DNA of 55,361 nt from Catajapyx aquilonaris (lineage: Eukaryota): the NCBI GenBank assembly GCA_000934665.2, contig JYFJ02002527.1, forward strand, positions 1 through 55,361, read 5' to 3'. Positions 46,301 to 55,361 of this stretch are shown one piece after another (position 1 is the stretch's first letter; every line of letters starts with the position of its first letter). The notes beneath the pieces are model-generated. The model worked only from the letters and a program-made list of their open reading frames with translations. It was not told where the DNA came from and made no database searches. A program made the position numbers and the translations under genes.

Positions 46301-49300
46301 TGGTATGACTTTCATGAAGATGAATATGATAAAATCAATGACAGAAATCATACCTCGGTAGGAACTACTGCTGACCCAGTGTGTAGCTGAACTGATATAC
46401 CGCTGCCAGGCAATTTATATTCTTAATCATATTGTTTTGGAGGAATAATTTATTCTCCCAGTGAGATCTGCTAGAGAGGCAGGATGGGGATGTAGGTTCA
46501 CATGTGCATTGCAGTTCCACATCATGGATGTCCCTCATGCATCCCATATCTAATACCCCAACCCCGGCCTCTCCAGCCAACTTTACCTGCCAAAGACTTC
46601 CTCCTCCACAATCAAGAATAGAATTGCCTCGGATAGAGATTCAGGGGGCAGATCAGCTATACACCCTCCAATCTGTAAAGCATATAAATATACCATCTAG
46701 CAACAGACTACTGTCGTGCCCACCATGTACTCTTTTACTGTCCTAGCCATTGTGGGGGACAGAGAGAAGGAAATAGTATTCCACGCCTTAACCCCTTCGC
46801 TACCAGATATAGTAGCCGGCGACTTAAGTTGAGTATCCCCGACCCCTCACTCCCAGCCAATGACGAGGCTAGATTTGGATTGAGATTTGAATGTGTCAAG
46901 GTCTGTGGGGGGGATGGGCCAAAGAGCGGAAGGTTTTAAATGGTGCCAACACAGCTTAAGGCTTAAGGGGTCGAACTCAAAGGATGTTAATCCGGGGGCC
47001 CTGCTGGCACTCCTGCTCTAGGCTTCCCCCCATCCCCTTTCCCCCCTTTCCCACCAAACCGTGTTTTCCTTATGGGTCGAGGTAGGAGGTCGTGGTGGTG
47101 GGGGTCTGGGTGACAAGAGGGGGAGTTGCCAGTCAACCCCCTTTCCCACCTTACAGTACCGGCCACTATAGGCCCGAATCACACAGATTTCGGATTATGC
47201 GTAGGCCTACTCTGAAGATACGGACAAGATATTTTACAACTAATGAAAATAATAATAAATAATAATAATTTATTTCTTACAAAGAACGATGAGTTCAGCA
47301 AATTCTTCTGGCATGGTTCTCAAGGTTGTTATTCCGCATATTTTCGCGCATTTCATAATTAAATCAGTCTAACAGATAGTCGGCAGTACTCCAATTTCCA
47401 GTTTTTATAGCCTTTTATTGCAAATTAATTTTGGGACTTCTAGACGAGTAAAATTGTTCCCGACACATTCATAGTGTTTTCCCAGATCAGGTAAGTATAG
47501 CTGTTATTATTTGTAAAATATCTTGTCAGTAGCTTAGAAGTACACATAAGCCGAAATCTGTGTGGTTGGGGCCTATCTGGTAGCGAATGGTTAAGAATCT
47601 TCCAGAATGTACTTAGCTAATCAGTTCATTTACCACTGATGTGTGTTTAGTTCAGTCTTGAAATTGAATTATTTTCAGGTGTGTTGATTTGCAAGGATCA
47701 AATAGCAGCTTGGCAATGGAGCCCTGGCGCAATAGCCTTTTGGAAAAGCTGCAGAAAAGGAAAGAGAAGGAAGAGGGCAACTTTACTCACTTTGAGAAAG
47801 CTGTGGAGAGGTAATTGTTAATTTCTTCTTGACAGATTTAAGTTGCCATTTCTTGTGCCAATTACTTTACTAACTCTGTCCAACTCTTAGGTCATCTTGG
47901 GTGCAGGAGGGAAAGGCACGATGGAGTTACAAGAGCTTCCCTCCTCAGTGGAAAGAAGGACTTTTGCGTTTGGAATGGAGTGGGACAGACCAATCGCAGT
48001 TGGACTTTGGCTTGCTCTCAGTAATGTCTGTGTTTCAGAAGCGACCAGTGGTAAGTGTTACCAACCTTCAGCATACAGGATGAAGCAATATATTTTTGCA
48101 ACATACTGTTCAAAGTTTGGACTTCCAAATTGTCATAATTCTGTCAGTGTGTGTAGTAGGTAAGTGTATAGAAATGTTTGACCCTTAAGGTGGTCTTATT
48201 TGGTCCAGTTACCTTATTATTAATTTTTTAGCCATGATTATCTGCCCTGCAGATCATGATGATGAAATATAATGTCACTGCCAATTTTACTAACAGTCTG
48301 CTTTGTAAATATTGGGTCGAATTTTGGTCTTTCCTCTAGTAGCATCTATTCAGAACTTATTAATAACACTAATATGCAAGGTTTTGTTGTTTTGAAATGG
48401 AAATGCCTATCTGAACGGACTTTCTCTGCAGATCACGAAAATGACGTTGAAAATCTCCTATTACTTTCAGGTTACAGGATGTGTCATAAATTCACGTGGG
48501 TATGTCCACGTGTCCAGCACGTGACGTGGATGGAGTTGACCTACAGCAACGTCCTTACACCACATTGTTGTGACACTCATCCTTGTTACGACCACCAAGT
48601 TTCATTCTGATTGCATCATTCCATTGGGAGTGCATATGCACCTCAAGTGTAAAAGTGTGAGTCGGAGGTGCAAATCTGTGAACTTTCGGGCACCAAATAA
48701 AATCATAATGATGTAATTAATCAAGATAACATTAATTGTGATATTGTACGAAGAGTAGGTGGCGATGCTCTATCATACGCCATCATCAAATAAAGTGCAC
48801 GACAATTCAAGATGGATCAGGAGCGTATGGAAGCGACCCCCACCCATCCACAAAATGTGTAATGTTGCATACTTTGCGCCTTCCCGATAAATTGCCCTTT
48901 GTGCTCTTCCAAACGCTCCTGATCCATCTTGAATTGTCGTGCACTTTATTTGATGATGGAGTATGATAGAGCATCGCCACCTACTCTTCGTACAATATCA
49001 CAATTAATGTTATCTCGATTAATTACCTAATTATGATTTTATTTGGTGCCCGAAAGTTCACAGATTTGCACCTCCGACCCACACTTTTACACTTGAGGTG
49101 CATATACACTCCCAATGGAATGATGCAATCAGAATGAAACTTGGTGGTCGTAACAAGGATGAGTGTCACAACAATGTGGTGTAAGGACGTTGCTGTAGGT
49201 CAACTCCATCCACGTCACGCGCTGGACATGTGAACATACCCACGTGAATTTGTGACAAACCCTGTATCTCGAAAACTGGACGTAGTAGGAGATTTTCAAT

Positions 49301-52300
49301 GTCATTTTCGTAATCTGCAGAGAAAATCCGTTCGGATACACCTGTTTATTTCAAAACAACAGAAAAAAAAGTCAAAAAATGCAGATCAGTGTAATTAGTA
49401 ACTGCGTAGGCGCTTTTAGCTGTACTGCTTAAGGTGGAAATTTCGTCATTTTATTAGCGGCTTTCTACAAACCAGTGCTGTCTAGCCTATTCAGTGCGAT
49501 TAAGTGCTTAATAGTGACCATTGACAGTCGGCGCTTGCGTACGACATGCCTCCCGGTGTAAACAAGTGAAGGAGAAGGTGATGATGGGCAATGAGATGTT
49601 CATGAGTATGGAGCAGGGCCTCAGGGCAGTATATCTGGGTCGAGATCTGGGTTATTCCATGTGCTCGTGCTGGTGGATTTTTGGCATACAAGTAGGTAGA
49701 GGCAGAAGATGTGTGATTGCACAGTGCAGGATGTAAAAGATCGATTGCAGACTTCACCAATACAGGGTCTTCCAAGTTAGTGGGTCATTTCATTTGTAAC
49801 TAACATTGCCCGAAGTAGGTATTTTTTGTAGCTTGTTGCGCCCTGATCCTGTTGCCCCAAATTTACTTCCAGATATGACAAACTTCTGGGGAGAGGTTAT
49901 CCTTACAGGTATTTTTAGCAACAGCTATTTAAATCTGTTATTTTCACTCTCCGATGAGGGACCATCTGGGTACGAGAGGCGCAACAAGCTACAAGAAATA
50001 ACTACTTTGGGCAATATCAGTTATAATAAATAAAAACGACCCACAAACTTGGAACACCCTGTATATGCAGACCGGCATATAGCAGTGGTTGGATGCTGTA
50101 TCACCCTGTATCTCATGAAAGGATCCAGGAGGAGCAGGTAGCTCTCGGCACCCTAAAATGCGATCTACAAGTAGAACAGTCGTAACCGCATAGGCCATTT
50201 CTCATGTGATGGGGTGACTTAGAGACACCCCGAGGTGTCTCCAACCTCACTTCTATTAACTACTCAGTTCCATGTTTAGTAGGATCATAAGCACAAAAAT
50301 TTGTCCGTCCTAAGATAATAGTCAGAACCTCTAAATTCTAAACAGTTACTAATAGTGGATAATAAAAAGACGAAAATTCGGTGCAATGCCTTTTCCTGGG
50401 AGAAGAATAAGTTACATGCCACTCGAATATGATTTTGCAGGTAGAGGTGAGTTTGGCGGAGGTGGTCTGCTCAGTGTGTGTGAGTGACAATGGCAAACCG
50501 CGTATCTCAGTACACACAGTGGGCTCCTATTCCAAGAGTGCTCCTTTGATGATAACCTTCTGTGAGGATGGAGAGATGGAAGATTGGTTAGCACTCATAA
50601 GCAATGGATGTTGTCGATTGCGAGGAATTCCAGGACCACCGTCCTGTGAAACTTTGTGGTCAGTCACTGCCAGGGGTGATGTGTTTGTGCATGATCCAAC
50701 TGTAGAGGAGGTGAGGAGTATTTTGTCATTGTGTGTTAGTGACCGTTACAATAATCTTCTGATGGTATTTTACAGCAACAAAAAAGCCTTGGGAGCATTA
50801 ACACTGAAAGCAAAGTATTTGATGGACAACTTCCACCATACACATACCATCTGCACAGTGGCTTTGACAATGGTTGCTCAGTTCAGATGACCGCAGAGTT
50901 GCCCACATCACCTGATCGTTTTATGGTGGACTTAGAATGCTCCCCGTCTGGCAGTGAAAACCTTCCTCGAACCATTGCTTTGCACCTCAGTTTCCGATTT
51001 GACCAGAAATGCTTAGTGCTCAACAGCATGGAAGAAGGCCATTGGCAAGATGAGGAGAGGTTTGATAGGCTACCAAGCAGATCATTCGAGTTAACCATCC
51101 ATTGTCATGAAACCCACTACCAGATATTTTTGTGTGGTGAGTTGCTGGCATGCTTTGGTCATCGTCTTCCCCCATCACGAGTCACACAGCTATCGTTGTA
51201 TCAGGATGTGCATTTGCTCACCTTGCGTTACCAGTTTCAGAAGGTATGATTTTTAATATGGTTTTGTTGTGGTTAATGTGTGAATAGGAGCAGTTCACTA
51301 TGGCTGCACTTTAGTGGGGATAGTAAGGAAAATATATAATAAATATAATCTGGACAACCATTCGACTGGGTGTATGGGCATTAGACGCAGAAGTCCACAT
51401 TTTTTGTTGGATATGTACGGGGACATTATCATTGACCCTAAATACGAAATATGAACACACAAGATTAGAGGATTAAAAAACTACCTAGACTGCTGGATTG
51501 TCTCTCATCCAACTCTACAATATACAGGGTGTTTCAGAGTCACGGGTCAAGCGCGCGCGAGAGGGTGGGGAAAAATGGTAGGTGGCGACAACCCCGGTCG
51601 GTTTTATAAAACAATTAGAAATACGGCAGTAATCAATTTATTTGTTACGGCCGTACGGCGTGACGTCACATCCTTTCTGTATTCAAATTGACCCCCGCGG
51701 ACTGGCAAATGCTTTCGGTTGAACCTGGTTGAACGGAGCCTTGCGGGTTGCACTGAAAAAGACGCTCTCTTGCTACTCCGGCAGGGTACTGAACACACCA
51801 CTGTACAGTATTACACTACGTTGTACAGTACCCTGTCGGTGTAGCATGAGAGCGCCTTTTTCAGTGCAACCCGCAAGGCTAAAAACCCATTCAACCAGGT
51901 TCAACTGAAAGCATTTGCCTTGCATTTGCCAGTCCGCGGGAGTCAATTCGAATACAGAAAGGATGTGACGTCACGCCGTACGGCCGTAATAAATAAATTG
52001 ATTACTGCAGTATTTCTAATTTTCTTATAAAACCGACCGGGGTTGTCGCCACCAACAATTTTTCCCCACCCCCTCGTGCGCGCTTGACCTGTGACTCTGA
52101 AACACCCTGTATTGAGCCTGAGAGGTATGGTGTGAAATATGGGGAAACATGTAGTGGTAGCAGCCTGGATGTCATTTAAGTTTTGTGATTCATTGCATGA
52201 AGTTATTATGAAGTTTATTATTGTGAATTTATTACAAGGACCATGTCAAAAGTGCATAATTTTAAAACTGACATGAATTGTTTCATGGCAGTGTACTACA

Positions 52301-52808
52301 CACCTGTCAAATCTTCATTCCTTCTGTCACTTTTGCACAAAACCACCCTTGGAATGTGTATTTATGCATACATGTGTATATTTTACAGTTAATGACTCCT
52401 TTGTCTGAGTTGTTCTGGCGCCAAATTGGAGGTCACTTTCATGTAGTGGAAACTTGTCCTTTGGGAGTGACTTGGGCCTTGGGCTATAATGGTGTACCAT
52501 GGGTACACACAGGTGGTTGGGGAGGTAGCTTTCCAAAAGGTTCGTTTTATAGTTTCATGGAAATTCATTTGCATACCTCTCCATATAAGTAGATAATTTT
52601 TTTTGCAGGAATTGACAGTAGCAGTAGTGGAATCAACACCATGAGAGACACATGCTGCTTCTACATATATGAGAATCAGAGGTGGAATCCTTTAACTGGC
52701 TTTGCTGCTCGAGGTCTTCCAACTGACCGCTATATGTGGAGTGATCGTACAGGACGTTATGAATGCACCAAAGAAAACACCAAATTACCCTCAATGCACT
52801 GGCAGTGG
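39862..52808 (+). CDS. TECPR1: Tectonin beta-propeller repeat-containing protein 1, 5' part; join(39862-40092,40157-40339,41889-42134,42311-43101,47679-47810,47891-48050,50441-50710,50776-51243,52389-52539,52609-52808); continues beyond the window
   Basis: N-terminal TECPR repeats (LEFKRVSA...WAIGGDHQVYV). DysF domain (YENQRWNPMDGF...GWTYALDFP...WNSYVRRRKWVRHR). Beta-propeller repeats, an ATG5-interacting helix (PWRNSLLEKLQKR), a PH-like region, and a second DysF start (YENQRWNPLTGF...LPSMHWQW). All junctions are GT-AG and in phase. Confidence 0.95.
40492..40720 (-). mobile_element. tRNA-related SINE insertion with a 14-bp TSD
   Basis: B box (GGATTCGAACCC on the + strand). Flanked by the exact direct repeat TGACAGGTTGAACT at 40478 and 40721. 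Confidence 0.8.
41826..41856. repeat. (ATT)n microsatellite
   Basis: About 10 units. Confidence 0.85.
43295..43348. repeat. (ATTT)n microsatellite
   Basis: About 13 units. Confidence 0.9.
43963..44173. mobile_element. TA-flanked MITE, family D copy 1
   Basis: CCCGCGAGCATAAAGATAGAGACGGCAGGCCCT pairs with AGGGCCTGCCGTCTCCATCTTTATGCTCGCGGG. Confidence 0.8.
44178..45135 (-). mobile_element. Decayed Helitron RepHel (PIF1-type helicase) fragments; probably extends to about 46.7 kb
   Basis: Minus-strand remnants KLIIWDKSTM, PFEGKVTLLGGDFR, YPVEFLNSLNSSGTAPHELILK and LDKVGIHLPNPVFSHGQLHVDFSRV, in the expected order with stops and deletions. Confidence 0.85.
44519..44730. mobile_element. TA-flanked MITE, family D copy 2, inserted in the Helitron relic
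   Basis: Colinear with 43963-44173, with the same TIRs. Confidence 0.8.
46792..47590. mobile_element. piggyBac-type element, family C relative, with a nested insertion at about 46810-47168
   Basis: TTAA|CCCCTTCGCTACCAGATA...TATCTGGTAGCGAATGG|TTAA; internal sequence is similar to 21242-21984. Confidence 0.8.
48386..49360. repeat. Fold-back element of about 975 bp (about 450-bp arms, about 70-nt spacer) in a TECPR1 intron
   Basis: 48386-48833 is the reverse complement of 48906-49360. The ORF track shows mirror peptides (WMELTYSNVLTPHCCDTHPCYDHQVSF) on both strands. Confidence 0.92.
49763..50061. mobile_element. Tc1/mariner-type MITE
   Basis: TA|CAGGGTCTTCCAAGTTAGTGGGTC...GACCCACAAACTTGGAACACCCTG|TA. 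Confidence 0.8.
50830..51237 (+). other. Galectin-like carbohydrate-recognition domain within TECPR1 exon 8
   Basis: LPPY...RFMVDL...IALHLSFRF...LVLNS...GHWQDEER...FELTI...FGHRLP...DVHL follows the galectin CRD consensus. Confidence 0.85.
51525..52109. mobile_element. Fully palindromic Tc1/mariner-type MITE, family B copy 2
   Basis: Same TIRs and internal sequence as 19396-20001; TA TSD. Confidence 0.92.
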
Positions 52809-54112
52809 GTATGTTATTGCAGGAAGTGTCATACACAAAATAGTCCTATAAGAAAGTGTTAATTTTTTCCACAAATTATACTTGGATATTAATGATTATG
52901 ATAATTGGATACCCCATGGTCAGGGGATCTGTTAATTGACCCAACTGTACGTATTATTTTCATGTCGTATTTATGATATTAAGAGTAGAGGAAATGGGGT
53001 GATGCCAAGAAAACATCGACAAGCATGGAGAGAAACATTACTGTTCTAAACAACCTACATCACTTGACCCTGGGATGGAATTCAGGACTGCAAAGTAGCA
53101 TAAACAACTTCTATATCCTGCAGCCAAAATGATGTGATAGATGACAGTCTGATTCTACTGTGATTTATGCACTGTCATGATAAAAAAAGTGAAGGTGATC
53201 CATCACAAGGGGCTCCAATGAGTTCATTGTAAAGCTGGTGATGTCTTGGATGCAATACAAAATAATATACTGTCGCAGAAATCATAATCTCCATATACAG
53301 TAGGGGAGATCGGGGCACGGTGAACGATGGCACAGTCAAATTTGTGAAGAAGATATTAGGTTCACGGACTTGATGCTGATGTGGTAGGTGCAGATAGACA
53401 TGCTCCACATTACAGCCGATTTTCAATTCAATCGCAAAGGATTATCGGCGGCAGTATCGATTTTTTAAATATTTTCGACAGTCTTGAGTAAATTTTTATT
53501 TTTCATTAGTTTTACTTTTTTCAGGTCACCGAGCCCAATAATGCGTTTGCAAGGTAGAATATCTGCCTACAAAATAACAGCATAAACGGCATTTAATATT
53601 TGTCACAAGAGTAGGAGGACTCAAAAGATTTTAAAATGCTATGGGGCATGATGGCACATGTTCCTGTCGGCCTTGTAGGACCATGGAAGACCATGGTAGC
53701 CTCTACTGCCTCTTCCCTGTCACTTATTAGGCCGGTCCCATGCACTTTTCCCAGTTGCTGGCTACTTGCTCCTTAGCTGGAGGTCAAGCTATGTTATCCT
53801 GCAGGCGAAAAGTTCTGAATATCTTGTAACATCTTTGTAATCTCTTGTAACTATATGGATATGATGCGATAATGTGTGTGGAAGTAATTTTTATATTACC
53901 TACCTACCTTATATTGCTGTGCCATCGCGCCGTGGGCACGGGGCATGATGGCACACATGCAAAGGCTTTTTGAATAATTTCTAGCAGATAGAATATCTAA
54001 AATGCATAGGCTATAGGGCCTATACTATACTATACTAAAAATAAATATAAATATAAATAAATTTATTATTAAATTATATTAAATTTTATTAAATTAAATT
54101 TATTTATTTATT

Positions 54113-54145
54113 TACTAGCAGGTTACCCGGCGTTGCCCGGGTATG
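54113..54145 (+). mobile_element. Terminus of a non-autonomous Helitron-like element
   Basis: TACTAGCAGGTTACCCGGCGTTGCCCGGGTA: ACTAG followed by a GC-rich hairpin, in AT-rich flanking sequence. Confidence 0.5.
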
Positions 54146-54933
54146 TTGGGATGCAGTTAAAGCCTTAAAGGTACGGGTACATATATTTTAGGAAGTTTGT
54201 TTGTAAATATTTGCGTTCCGTACACTGGAACTCGATACACCTTAAAATAAGGCCAAGTTACAATAAGCCAAAGTTTGTCACTATCTGTGATAGATTGCCT
54301 GCTTTGGTTATAGCGTAGTCAATTCTGATTGGATGTGTAAAAAGAGGAATGGGGATGGAGTTGGCCCAGGAAAAGACTGCACAGCCACGTTTTTTCCCCC
54401 AGAATATTTGACCCCATGACCCCTCAACACCACCTCACACCCCCACCTCGTTCTAACTGTTTGCCCTGAAGAACTTGAGAAATGTACATACAGATGCCTG
54501 GTGGGAATTTTTTTTTTCAACACGGAGTAATTTTGTTAAAAAATTCATTTTTTTTTTGTATTTATTTGTGTCGGGAAGTCTAATTTCAAATCTACAAAAT
54601 CCCAGAATGACCATACCATATGAACTCACGTGAGGTGGCCAATTAGCGTAATTGGCGGATGAGTTGAATAATTTACGGCGATGGGACTTGTAAAAAACAA
54701 AAAAAGAGGCGCAAGATAATTACATGTATATAATTACTGTAAGCGCAAGTATATTTGTAAGTTCCTAGTTGAACACAGTGTCATTATTTAAGAGTTAATG
54801 TTCTTTGTTAAATAAGTGTACATGTATTTAGGGAAGTCATCCCAAAGGGTAACCCAACCCACGGGAACAAATAAAATCAAAATCAAAGATAATTACATAG
54901 ATGCAATGCAAATGCATTACTTTGATAGGTATT

Positions 54934-55265
54934 GGGGGAGGTGTAGATGGCCGAGATGGTAACGTCTCGACTTGCTGAGTGAAAGGCCCCAGGTTCGATC
55001 CCCGCCTGGGGAACTTCCTTTCACCTGCGTCGGGAGGGTCTCTGCCCTGCACCAAAGGAGGTGTCTGGCAACCTAACCTCCTGGGGAACAGCACATGACC
55101 CATTTGTCGACATTGCACTTGCACCTACGTTCCCGCCCCAAAAATCCCCTTCCTTACCCCATGTCCTTTCATCCTTGCACCGGAGTTGGAAGAAAAAGCG
55201 GAAAATTGCAGGGAAAATGGTGGTATACCACTCCCCTATAAGGGCCCATGGCCCTATCACGGGGT
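54934..55265 (+). mobile_element. tRNA-derived SINE
   Basis: A box TGGCCGAGATGG and B box GGTTCGATCCC at tRNA-like spacing, followed by a non-tRNA body. Confidence 0.7.
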
Positions 55266-55268
55266 ATA

Positions 55269-55361
55269 CAGGGTGTTTATTGTAACTCTGCAAAGACTTT
55301 CAGGGGTAATAGAGGGGACCAAGACAAGTATTTTAGACATAGGAACCTGTGTCCGGAAACG
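55269..55361. mobile_element. Left end of a Tc1/mariner-type element, truncated by the window edge
   Basis: TA|CAGGGTGTTT terminus. Confidence 0.6.

Noticed and set aside
48272..49341. Two ORFs with identical C-termini on opposite strands
   Set aside because: A consequence of the palindromic element, not duplicated genes.
54934..55020. Functional tRNA gene
   Set aside because: A and B boxes are present but there is no proper cloverleaf, and it continues into a SINE-like body.

Overview
Eukaryotic, most likely arthropod/insect, genomic DNA with three recognisable spliced genes on the + strand. (1) A complete Cyclin T gene, 8 coding exons at 2810-26798 (about 1292 aa). Its first intron is U12-type, its 3' UTR is long (to about 32.2 kb), and alternative C-terminal exons are possible. 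(2) A strongly diverged Elongin C-like gene, 3 coding exons at 36490-37022. (3) The 5' part of TECPR1, 10 coding exons at 39862-52808, continuing past the window; it carries a galectin-like domain encoded by a single exon. The 5' edge may hold the end of an unidentified gene and a small candidate gene just upstream of Cyclin T. Introns and intergenic DNA are crowded with palindromic non-autonomous DNA transposons (Tc1/mariner, PIF/Harbinger, hAT and piggyBac types), tRNA-derived SINEs, a decayed Helitron and several near-perfect hairpins. One hairpin lies in the inferred Cyclin T 3' UTR. No prokaryotic features or CRISPR arrays were seen. All calls were made by eye, without database searches.
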